NCBI RefSeq assembly: GCF_034932455.1
Contig: NZ_JAYGIH010000002.1
Coordinates: 46,624-70,623, forward strand
DNA from: Leptolyngbya sp. CCNP1308
Lineage (GTDB): Bacteria; Cyanobacteriota; Cyanobacteriia; Phormidesmidales; Phormidesmidaceae
Direction of reading: 5' to 3'
DNA length: 24,000 nt
The notes beneath the pieces are model-generated. The model did not search any database and was not told the DNA's origin. It worked only from the letters and a program-made list of their open reading frames with translations. Positions 16,809 to 24,000 of the stretch are shown piece after piece. The position numbers and the translations under genes were made by a program. The stretch's first letter is position 1, and each line of letters starts with the position of its first letter.

Positions 16809-17525
16809 ATGGCTTGGCAACGTCCAGACGGTCGCGACCCTCACCAGCTGCGGCCAGTGAGTTTTGAGCGTCAATTTACGAAATTTTCAGCAGGCTCCGT
16901 TCTGACCCGCTGCGGCAATACCCAGGTGCTCTGCACAGTATCGGTGGAAGAAGGGGTGCCCCGGTTTTTACAGGGGTCGGGTCGGGGCTGGCTGACGGCT
17001 GAGTACCGCATGTTGCCAGGGGCCACGCCCCAGCGGCAGGCCCGCGAGCTAATGAAACTATCGGGCCGCACCCAGGAAATTCAGCGTCTGATTGGGCGCA
17101 GCCTGCGATCGACCCTCGACTTTGAGCTGCTGGGGGAACGCACGCTGCTGGTAGATGCCGATGTGCTCCAGGCCGATGCGGGCACCCGCACCGCATCAAT
17201 TACGGGGGGATATGTAGCCCTGGCCGATGCGGTGCAGGGCTTGGTGGCGAAGGGATTGCTGGCGCGATCGCCCCTAATCCACGGCGTTGCGGCTGTCTCC
17301 GTGGGCCTGATCGAAGATGAGGTCTTGCTCGATTTGCAGTACGACGAAGACGTGGCGGCAGCCGTAGACTTCAACCTAGTGCTCAACGAAGACCTCAACA
17401 TCATTGAAGTTCAGGGTACGGCCGAAGAGGGCAGCTTTAGCCGTCAGCAGATGAACCAGATTCTAGAGGTGGGTGAGCTGGGTATTAAGCAGCTCTTGGC
17501 GGCTCAGCAGGCGGCGTTACTGTAG
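16809..17525 (+). CDS. rph: Ribonuclease PH
   Basis: [41 protein letters not shown]...[16 protein letters not shown]...[15 protein letters not shown]...[23 protein letters not shown] is canonical RNase PH. I used ATG 16809 (MAWQRPDGR); the track opens at TTG 16764. Confidence 0.93.
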   Translation: MAWQRPDGRDPHQLRPVSFERQFTKFSAGSVLTRCGNTQVLCTVSVEEGVPRFLQGSGRGWLTAEYRMLPGATPQRQARELMKLSGRTQEIQRLIGRSLRSTLDFELLGERTLLVDADVLQADAGTRTASITGGYVALADAVQGLVAKGLLARSPLIHGVAAVSVGLIEDEVLLDLQYDEDVAAAVDFNLVLNEDLNIIEVQGTAEEGSFSRQQMNQILEVGELGIKQLLAAQQAALL

Positions 17526-17732
17526 GCATTGCGCTTTGTTGTGGCTCAATCTCCTAGATTTTGGCTGGGAGGCGCGATCGCCGCAGACACCTCTTCGCTG
17601 GATTCATAGAGAGTAAAACTAGCTCCTATCGTTAAGAAACGCATCAAGACTATCGGCCGAATTTTGCCCTTGGGCAGTCTGAAGTTAGGCCACAGTCTGG
17701 AATCGTAGTTTTCTCTCGAAGGAAGGTTTGCC

Positions 17733-18500
17733 ATGACATCTATAGATGAGCTTTTAATCAAAGAAATCACGGTAAGTCGGCAGTCTCCGGGAGAAGAGCG
17801 CCAGGCAGCCCTACACCGCATCTATGCTCAGGTACTCGAACGACAGCCCTACGGGTTTGAGCGCAAACAGCTCGCCAAAATTGAGGCGGAGTTCCTGCGA
17901 AATAAAATTGGTGTCAAGCGGTTTTTGCGAGAGCTGGGCCATTCTGAGGTCTATCTCAATGAGTTTTACTACAATTCCTCAAACCCAAAATTTATTGAGC
18001 TGTGCTTCAAGCACTTCATTGGCCGCGCCCCCAGCGATCAGGCAGAAATGCATCGCTACTGCGACATTTTGATGCGTCAGGGCGTTAAAGTCATGATTAC
18101 TGCCCTGCTCGACTCTGAAGATTACAGCAAGCACTTTGGTTGCTTCACCGTGCCCCACGCCTGGTCTGGGCATAGCTACCCATCTCCTAGAACATTTTGG
18201 GAAACCGAGGTGTTGCTCCAGGAGCTGCACGGGCGGCGCGGCTGGATCGTACCTACCATGACCTGGCACGACCTTCAGCTCAACTGCGACGGCGGCAGCT
18301 GTGGTTTACCTGGGGCATCAATGCACTCGGGTCAGCCTTCGCAGACAACGGCGGGGGCTCCAAGGGCGATATCCGGCGCAGAGGCGCTACATCAGGTACT
18401 GAGCACAATGGGGCCTCAGGATTTAGAAGTGTTCGCCGCGACCCTCTCGGCTACGGAACGCGATAAGCTGCGCCACTTGCTAATGCAGCCCGCCCGATAG
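17733..18500 (+). CDS. Phycobilisome-linker-domain (PF00427-like) protein with an uncharacterised C-terminal half
   Basis: 255 aa with ATG preceded by GGAAGG. Residues ~28-140 (RIYAQVLERQPY...KIGVKRFLRELGHSEVYLNEFYYNSSNPKFIELCFKHFIGRAPSDQAEMHRYCDILMRQGVKVMITALLDSEDYSKHFGCFTVPH) follow the PBS linker/CpcG N-terminal domain pattern. I do not recognise the C-terminal ~110 aa. Confidence 0.8.
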   Translation: MTSIDELLIKEITVSRQSPGEERQAALHRIYAQVLERQPYGFERKQLAKIEAEFLRNKIGVKRFLRELGHSEVYLNEFYYNSSNPKFIELCFKHFIGRAPSDQAEMHRYCDILMRQGVKVMITALLDSEDYSKHFGCFTVPHAWSGHSYPSPRTFWETEVLLQELHGRRGWIVPTMTWHDLQLNCDGGSCGLPGASMHSGQPSQTTAGAPRAISGAEALHQVLSTMGPQDLEVFAATLSATERDKLRHLLMQPAR

Positions 18501-18595
18501 GTAGCTGCGTCAGTTGGATTGTTCAGCACACTTTTCCCTGGTAGCGAGTTCTACGGGGTGTAACTAACCTGGGGTTCGGATTCGTCCTGGGCTGT

Positions 18596-19828
18596 TTAGG
18601 GCGTGAGGCGGGCAAATTTTTTCTTGCCCACCTGCACCACTTTACCTATGAGGTCATCGGGGCTGACAAACTCCTGGTTGGGGTCGGTCACCTTCTCGCC
18701 GTCGAGCTTTACCGCGCCCCCCTGAATTTGGCGGCGGGCCTCGCTGCTGCTGGCACACAGTGGTGTAGACCCCACCAGATAAAACAGCTTGGCCGGGAAA
18801 TTGATTTGGGCTAGGGAAAATTCGGGCACCCCGGCAGCCGGTTCGCCAGTGCCTTGAACCAGGCTGATGGCGGCCTGCTGGGCCTGCTGAGCCGCCGCTT
18901 CGCCGTGGAACTGGCGGGTGATCTCTAGGGCCAGCAGCTTTTGGCGATCGCGTGGATTCTCAGGCAGGGTATTGAGTTGGACGGCCGTAAGCAGCTCAAA
19001 GTAGTCTTGAATTAGGGCATCGGGCACCTTTTCGAGCTTGGAATACATGCTCAGAGGATCTTCCTGGAGTCCGACATAGTTGCCCAGGGATTTCGACATT
19101 TTTTGACTGCCGTCGGTGCCCAACAGCAGCGGCACCAGCAGACCAAACTGGGGCAGCAGGCCAAAGTGCCGCTGCAAATCGCGACCAACGGCAATGTTGA
19201 ATTTTTGGTCGGTGCCGCCCAGCTCCACATCGGACTGCACCGCTACCGAGTCGTAGCCCTGCATCAGCGGGTAAAGAAACTCGTGGAGAAATACCGGATC
19301 GCCCTTGCCATAGCGCTCGGAGAACCCTTCCTTGGCCAGCATCTGCCCTACGGTCATGGTGCTGAGCAGCTCAAGAATTTTGCCCAGGTCGAGGGAAGAC
19401 AGCCACTCGGAGTTGTAGCGCACCTCCAGCCGTCCGGGGGTATCAAAATCGAGAATGGGGCGCACCTGCTCTAGGTAGGTCTCGGCGTTGGTTTTTACAT
19501 CGGCTTCTGTAAGCTGGCGGCGCACCTCCGACTTGCCAGTGGGGTCGCCGATGCGGGCGGTGAAGTCGCCAATAATCAGCACGGCGGTGTGGCCAGCATC
19601 TTGAAAAGCGCGCAGCTTGCGCACCGGAATGCTGTGACCCAGGTGAATTTCGGCCCCGGTGGGGTCGATGCCCAGCTTGATCCGCAGGGGGCGATCGCAT
19701 TTCAGCAGCCGCTGCGTCAGGTTTTGCTCGGGGTCGCTAGAGTCAGGCTGGTGGGGAAAAACCTCGCTGATACCCCGATAAATGCTCTCAAATTCAAGGG
19801 GGAAGGAGCTGGGGTTAGCCTGGGTCAT
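18596..19828 (-). CDS. tyrS: Tyrosine--tRNA ligase (with C-terminal S4 domain)
   Basis: The class I motifs HLGH (IHLGHSIP) and KMSKS (QKMSKSLGN) are present, as is a C-terminal S4-like region [22 protein letters not shown] used ATG 19828 (MTQANPSSF); the track opens 38 codons earlier at TTG 19942. Confidence 0.95.
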   Translation of the reverse strand: MTQANPSSFPLEFESIYRGISEVFPHQPDSSDPEQNLTQRLLKCDRPLRIKLGIDPTGAEIHLGHSIPVRKLRAFQDAGHTAVLIIGDFTARIGDPTGKSEVRRQLTEADVKTNAETYLEQVRPILDFDTPGRLEVRYNSEWLSSLDLGKILELLSTMTVGQMLAKEGFSERYGKGDPVFLHEFLYPLMQGYDSVAVQSDVELGGTDQKFNIAVGRDLQRHFGLLPQFGLLVPLLLGTDGSQKMSKSLGNYVGLQEDPLSMYSKLEKVPDALIQDYFELLTAVQLNTLPENPRDRQKLLALEITRQFHGEAAAQQAQQAAISLVQGTGEPAAGVPEFSLAQINFPAKLFYLVGSTPLCASSSEARRQIQGGAVKLDGEKVTDPNQEFVSPDDLIGKVVQVGKKKFARLTP

Positions 19829-20162
19829 GGTGAAAACTGGGTTTATGGGGTAGGGACGGCGGGTCGATATTGCCCAGGGGTTAGAGAAAACAGGTCTAGG
19901 GCACCAAAGCCAATCATTATAGATTGGGATAGATTGTGGCAAAAGTGGCCCTTAGCTTCTCCTTATAACCATCTGCAAGGCTAGGATAGGCTTGCCTGGG
20001 ATCGTCCCCCAAGCGGTCTTTAGAGCCCCGCTGACGCTCACTTATCTAGAGGGTCATTATAATGGCCTAACCGTCCTCTACCGACGAGCATCTACACCCT
20101 ACCCAGCAGCGCTTCATCGCTACCCTGCCCCGTCGTTTTATAAGCAGCCTTTAAGAGCCAAC

Positions 20163-22082
20163 GTGTCAACCAACACCATTCGCCACAAAAGCCGATCTCA
20201 GCCTCAGCCCCTGCGCCGAGCGCCCAACGCGCTGAAATACGTTCAAGACGTGGGGCAGGTAGCAGCGGCAGCCCTGCTCGGCACCACCATGATCGCCAGC
20301 TCTGTGCTGGCGGGCGGGCTGGTGGGGCTGGCCATCAGCTTTCGCAACCTGCCGGATGTGCGGGTACTGCGCAACTATGTGCCCAGCGAGACCAGCTACA
20401 TCTATGACATCAACGGCACCCTGCTCTACAGCCTTCACGACGAAGCGAACCGCGAAGTCATCGACCTCGACGAGATGTCACCCCACCTCAAGCGGGCCGT
20501 GTTAGCGGTAGAAGACAGCTATTTTTATTCGCACAATGGTATTAACCCCAGCAGCGTGGGCCGGGCTGTACTGGCCAACGTAGAGGCTGGCTCTACGGTA
20601 GAGGGTGGCTCCACCGTCACCATGCAGCTGGTCAAAAACCTGTTTCTGACCCCCGAGCGGGCCGTTAGCCGCAAAGTGGCCGAGGCCGTGCTGGCCCTGC
20701 GCCTAGAGCAAATCTTCAGCAAAGACGAAATTCTGGAGATGTACCTCAACCAGGTCTACTGGGGCCACAACAACTACGGCGTCGAAACCGCTGCCCAGAG
20801 CTACTTTAATAAGTCGGCCAGAGACCTCAACCTGTCCGAAGCCGCGATGATGGCCGGGCTAATTCAGGCTCCCGAAAGCTACAGCCCCTTCTCCAACTAC
20901 CAGGCCACCAAGGCCCGCCAGGCCGTTGTGCTCAATCGCATGCGCCAGCTGGGGTGGATTACCCCCGAAGAAGAAGTGGCGGCCCGCGATGCGCCGCTGC
21001 TCATTGGTGAAGTCAAGTCGTTCCGCAGCAGTATTTCTCCCTACGTCACCGAAGCAGCTGTGCAGGAGCTGAAGCAGCGTTTTGGCAGTGAGGCCGTGCT
21101 GAAGGGCGGCATGCGAGTACAGACCACCGTAGATTTAGGCATGCAGCAAATGGCTGAGGCCACGGTGCAAAGGCACAATGCTCGCATTCGCCATATCGCC
21201 GACCAAATGGCACTGGTGTCGATCGATCCCCGTACCCACTTTGTCAAAGCTATGGTGGGCGGGGTCGACTATCAAACCAGCCAGTTCAACCGGGCTATTC
21301 AGGCCTACCGGCAGCCGGGGTCGGCGTTTAAGCCGTTTGTGTACTATGTGGCCTTTGCTACCGGGCGTTATACCCCAGCCAGCAGCATTGCCGATACGCC
21401 GGTTAGCTATCCCGATGGCTACCGCTACTACAGCCCCAGAAACTACGACGGTGGTTTCATGGGCAATATTCCCATTCGCACGGCGCTGGAAACCTCGCGC
21501 AATGTGCCGGCGGTGAAGCTGGGCCAGGCGGTAGGGGTAAACCAAATTATTGAGCTGTGCCGCACCCTCGGCATCAACAGCCCGATGCAGCCGGTCACCT
21601 CACTGCCCCTAGGGGCTGTAGATCTGACCCCAATGGAAATGGCGGGGGCCTACGCCACCTTTGCCAGCAATGGCTGGCACTCTGAGCCGACCTTTATCGT
21701 GCAGGTGAGCGACAGCAGCGGCAATGTGCTGCTCGACAACACTCCCCAGCCTCAGCTGGTGCTCGACCCCTGGGCGGCGGCTTCGCTCACGGATGTGTTG
21801 CAGGGAGTCATTGCTCGGGGAACGGGTAAGGGGGCTCAAATTGGCCGGCCTGCGGCGGGTAAAACCGGCACCACCGACTCCCAGCGGGACGTGTGGTTTG
21901 TGGGCTATGTGCCTCAGCTGTCGACCGCCGTGTGGATTGGTAACGACAACTATGCGCCGATGCGGTCTGGGGCAACGGGGGGAACCTATGCTGCCCCTGT
22001 GTGGAAAGACTTTATGCAGCAGGCTCTGGTGAACGTGCCGGTGGAAAACTTCAGGCGTCCTTCGGAGTTTGTGCAGCCCTAG
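20163..22082 (+). CDS. Class A penicillin-binding protein (bifunctional transglycosylase/transpeptidase, PBP1A-type)
   Basis: GT51 motifs: EDSYFYSHNGI, GGSTVTMQLVKN, RKVAEAVLALRLE. Transpeptidase motifs: SAFKP (SxxK), SRN, KTGTT. An N-terminal TM helix reads AAALLGTTMIASSVLAGGLVGLAI. The start is uncertain. The frame is open from TTG 19992; I chose GTG 20163 (VSTNTIRHKSRS...) because a TATAAT hexamer at 20058-20063 lies inside the longer version. Confidence 0.88.
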   Translation: MSTNTIRHKSRSQPQPLRRAPNALKYVQDVGQVAAAALLGTTMIASSVLAGGLVGLAISFRNLPDVRVLRNYVPSETSYIYDINGTLLYSLHDEANREVIDLDEMSPHLKRAVLAVEDSYFYSHNGINPSSVGRAVLANVEAGSTVEGGSTVTMQLVKNLFLTPERAVSRKVAEAVLALRLEQIFSKDEILEMYLNQVYWGHNNYGVETAAQSYFNKSARDLNLSEAAMMAGLIQAPESYSPFSNYQATKARQAVVLNRMRQLGWITPEEEVAARDAPLLIGEVKSFRSSISPYVTEAAVQELKQRFGSEAVLKGGMRVQTTVDLGMQQMAEATVQRHNARIRHIADQMALVSIDPRTHFVKAMVGGVDYQTSQFNRAIQAYRQPGSAFKPFVYYVAFATGRYTPASSIADTPVSYPDGYRYYSPRNYDGGFMGNIPIRTALETSRNVPAVKLGQAVGVNQIIELCRTLGINSPMQPVTSLPLGAVDLTPMEMAGAYATFASNGWHSEPTFIVQVSDSSGNVLLDNTPQPQLVLDPWAAASLTDVLQGVIARGTGKGAQIGRPAAGKTGTTDSQRDVWFVGYVPQLSTAVWIGNDNYAPMRSGATGGTYAAPVWKDFMQQALVNVPVENFRRPSEFVQP

Positions 22083-22265
22083 GATTGGCCAGATTTAAAG
22101 CCATAGATATTTCAACATCTCGTAGGTTGGTGCCACTGCGTTTCAGCCAGCGATCGCGACATCCGGGTTTCTTAACGCAACAGTCCTGAACCGGAGCCAT
22201 CTCGATCGCTGACTTTGAAGCAGTGGGCAGGGGACGGCAGCGCAGGGCACTGGTCTGACCGGTGG

Positions 22266-22742
22266 TCAGAGATTGGCCTCGTCGATTTGGGCGAGGACGC
22301 GATCGCGAAATTCCGGGTCGCTGTTCGCCAGTCCCAGCAGTTCCCAGTAGGCCGAGAGGGTGAGTCCGTTGGCTTGAATCAGGTCGAGGGCTGCCGCCTG
22401 AATTTCCTGCTGCATCTGGCGCGATTCGGTGTCGGTCTCGGCCCGCTGTAGACCGAGCTCGCGCGACTCGATCAGCTTGACGACAGCAATATAGGCTTTG
22501 ACAAAGCGGCTGACCGTTTCGGAGGGAATATCGTTAGCGTCGGGCTGGGCAGGGGAAACCGCTGGCGCTGGTTCGCCCGTCGTTAGCGAGGGGGAAACGG
22601 CTAGGGCGGGGGTAGACATACCCAGCAGCAGCAGGACGACCACGCCCAAATACAATGCCCGATGCACCAGGCGTCGGCGTTGCCTTCCCAGAGGCGAATC
22701 GCCCCAGACTCTGGGGCAGAGTCTGGGGCGGCGAATATACAT
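22266..22742 (-). CDS. Secreted DUF4168-like protein
   Basis: It has a signal peptide RRRLVHRALYLGVVVLLLLGMSTPALA. The helical C-terminal region IPSETVSRFVKAYIAVVKLIE...QQEIQAAALDLIQANGLTLSAYWELLGLANSDPEFRDRVLAQI resembles DUF4168. I used ATG 22742; the track opens at 22886, which would abut the divergent regulator gene. Confidence 0.7.
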   Translation of the reverse strand: MYIRRPRLCPRVWGDSPLGRQRRRLVHRALYLGVVVLLLLGMSTPALAVSPSLTTGEPAPAVSPAQPDANDIPSETVSRFVKAYIAVVKLIESRELGLQRAETDTESRQMQQEIQAAALDLIQANGLTLSAYWELLGLANSDPEFRDRVLAQIDEANL

Positions 22743-22884
22743 TGACTTGACCGCAGTCGCTATCGACCTACAACCCATAGACCCAAGGCTCAGAACGCGT
22801 TTCACCAGCCTACCCGAAACCAGATCGCCTATAGTGGTACTAAGCCTAAGCATAAATACATAATGACGAAGGGAACAGACTGCC

Positions 22885-23172
22885 ATGGCAAGCGATGAAA
22901 TGGCTCCAGTGCCTGGTCAAGGGAGTCTCTCTGACCGAGAACTACAGATCGTTGAGCTAGTGGCATCGGGGCTAACCAACCAAGAAATTTCAGAGAAACT
23001 GGAGATCAGCAAGCGCACCGTCGATAACCACATCAGCAATATTTTGACCAAGACCGCGACGGGTAATCGGGTGGCCCTGTTTCGCTGGGCGCTCCAGTCG
23101 GGCAAGATCTGTATTGATGAAGTCAACTGCTGCCTCCTGCCCGAGGTCAAGGCTGAGAGTCAGGAAGCTTAG
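22885..23172 (+). CDS. Small stand-alone LuxR/GerE-type HTH regulator, PedR-like, with a C-terminal Cys cluster
   Basis: 95 aa. The GerE HTH reads LSDRELQIVELVASGLTNQEISEKLEISKRTVDNHISNILTKTATGNRVALFRWAL. There is no receiver or ligand domain. The C-terminal tail KICIDEVNCCLLPE contains three Cys. ATG is preceded by GAAGGGA. Confidence 0.85.
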   Translation: MASDEMAPVPGQGSLSDRELQIVELVASGLTNQEISEKLEISKRTVDNHISNILTKTATGNRVALFRWALQSGKICIDEVNCCLLPEVKAESQEA

Positions 23173-23243
23173 GCACCGACCACCGGTGCAGCTCAGGCTA
23201 TGATGGGTGTTCTGTATTGCCCCTTGAGAGTGCCTGCCCCGCT

Positions 23244-24000
23244 ATGGAGTCGATTCAATCGCTGCCCGGAACCGAAGATATTTTGCCCAAGGCGCAGTTT
23301 GTCGGCCAAGACTTGAAGGTCGCCGATATTCACACCTGGCAGCGGGTAGAGGCGACGGCCAGGGAGATTTTGGGCCGGGCCGCCTACCGTGAAATTCGCA
23401 CCCCCACCTTTGAGGCCACCTCGCTGTTTGAACGGGGAATTGGCGAAGCCACCGACGTGGTGGGCAAAGAGATGTACAGCTTTACAGACAAGGGCAATCG
23501 CGGCTGTACCCTGCGTCCCGAAGGTACCGCTGGAGTGGTGCGGGCTTATGTGCAGCACAGCCTCTATGCCCAGGGAGGTGTACAGCGGCTCTGGTACACC
23601 GGCCCTATGTATCGCTACGAGCGCCCTCAAAAGGGTCGCCAGCGCCAGTTTCACCAGGTAGGAGTCGAGGTGTTAGGCAGTGCCGATCCCCGCGCCGACG
23701 TGGAGGTGATTGCCCTGGCTACAGATATCTTGCAGGCCCTGGGGCTGAAGGATCTGACGTTTTATCTGAACTCGGTGGGCGACAGGGGCGATCGCACCCG
23801 CTACCGTGAGGCCCTTGTCAACTATCTCACCCCCTACGCGGCGGATTTGGATAAGGATTCGCGCGATCGCCTCACCCGCAATCCCCTGCGCATTCTCGAC
23901 AGCAAAGACGAAAAAACCCAGGCCATTACTCAGGAAGCGCCCAGCATTTTGGACTACCTGGGGCCAGACTCTAAGCGGCACTTTGACCAGGTGCTGGCCC
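23244..24000 (+). CDS. hisS: Histidine--tRNA ligase, 5' portion (continues beyond window)
   Basis: Not in the ORF track because there is no stop codon in the window. Hand translation from ATG 23244 gives MESIQSLPGTEDILP...REIRTPTFEATSLFERGIGEATDVVGKEMYSFTDKGNRGCTLRPEGTAGVVRAYV...RLWYTGPMYRYERPQKGRQRQFHQVGVEVLGSADPRADVEVIAL, which covers class II motifs 1 and 2 of HisRS. Confidence 0.93.
   Translation, partial: MESIQSLPGTEDILPKAQFVGQDLKVADIHTWQRVEATAREILGRAAYREIRTPTFEATSLFERGIGEATDVVGKEMYSFTDKGNRGCTLRPEGTAGVVRAYVQHSLYAQGGVQRLWYTGPMYRYERPQKGRQRQFHQVGVEVLGSADPRADVEVIALATDILQALGLKDLTFYLNSVGDRGDRTRYREALVNYLTPYAADLDKDSRDRLTRNPLRILDSKDEKTQAITQEAPSILDYLGPDSKRHFDQVLA

Noticed and set aside
16871-17404. 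Three minus-strand ORFs (66-107 aa) inside rph.
   Set aside because: They are antisense shadow ORFs in GC-rich coding DNA with Arg/Ala/Pro/Ser-rich translations. rph explains the region.
19103-19984. ORFs antisense to or overlapping tyrS (123, 85 and 131 aa), plus the 38-codon N-terminal extension of the tyrS track ORF.
   Set aside because: TyrRS homology begins at MTQANPSSF (ATG 19828). The other ORFs are shadow frames in GC-rich sequence.
19992-20162. A 57-codon upstream extension of the PBP ORF from TTG 19992.
   Set aside because: The extension (MPGIVPQAVFRAPLTLTYLEGHYNGL...) has no PBP-like features and contains a TATAAT hexamer (20058-20063) that could be the promoter -10 element. The true start remains uncertain, and GTG 20163 is only my best guess.
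20166-22189. Multiple 62-136-aa ORFs on both strands within and just after the PBP gene.
   Set aside because: They are out-of-frame or antisense ORFs in a GC-rich gene, and none carries a recognisable motif.
22215-22863. ORFs 22215-22451 (+) and 22498-22863 (+), plus the long 206-aa version of the DUF4168 ORF.
   Set aside because: The + strand ORFs are antisense to the DUF4168 gene. The long version adds 48 residues before a clear signal peptide and would collide with the divergent regulator start.
23173-23189. The hairpin GCACCG-accac-CGGTGC just after the LuxR-type gene.
   Set aside because: The stem is only 6 bp and no U-tract follows, which is not enough to call a terminator.
23193-23981. 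Two minus-strand ORFs (153 and 102 aa) and one + strand ORF (23389-23661).
   Set aside because: They lie opposite to, or out of frame with, the clearly recognisable hisS reading frame that starts at 23244. hisS is missing from the track only because it has no stop in the window.
1-24000. I looked for CRISPR arrays, tRNA/rRNA genes, intact IS elements or integrases, and toxin-antitoxin or defence-type gene pairs.
   Set aside because: I saw no regularly spaced direct repeats, no cloverleaf-like or rRNA-like sequence, and no transposase, integrase or nuclease motifs in any long ORF. A computational scan (tRNAscan-SE, Infernal, ISfinder, DefenseFinder) would be needed to be definitive.

Overview
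This is a cyanobacterial chromosomal window. I counted 19 copies of the HIP1 octamer GCGATCGC by hand, and NDH-1 and photosystem II genes are present. The left third (about 670-9000) is a visibly AT-richer accessory segment carrying surface-polysaccharide assembly and export genes. It holds a fused ABC exporter (-), a Wzy/O-antigen-ligase-family membrane protein (+), an 850-nt gene-poor gap with palindromic repeat units and a doubtful remnant ORF, and then wzc-wza (-). The rest is conserved core. It contains ndhC-ndhK-ndhJ (-) and the divergent rubA-ycf48-psbE-psbF-psbL-psbJ cluster (+). psbF, psbL and psbJ fall below the ORF-track length cutoff and were read directly from the sequence. Further right are a NanE-like epimerase, a DUF2165-like membrane protein, a CobO-like/dcd pair, rph, an orphan phycobilisome-linker-domain protein, tyrS and a class A PBP. 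The window ends with a DUF4168-like secreted protein divergent from a small PedR-like LuxR-type regulator, and the 5' part of hisS, which runs off the window end and so is absent from the track. I saw no rRNA, tRNA, CRISPR array or intact transposase. Several track ORFs are over-extended at their N-termini (ndhK, tyrS, rph, wzc, wza, rubA, the PBP, DUF4168), and I give trimmed starts for them. I do not see a clear-cut novel multi-gene system. The most unusual items are the hybrid part list and composition of the polysaccharide island, a CobO-family protein lacking its P-loop, the orphan linker-domain protein, and the PedR-like/DUF4168 pair. All family assignments come from motif recognition by eye, not from searches.
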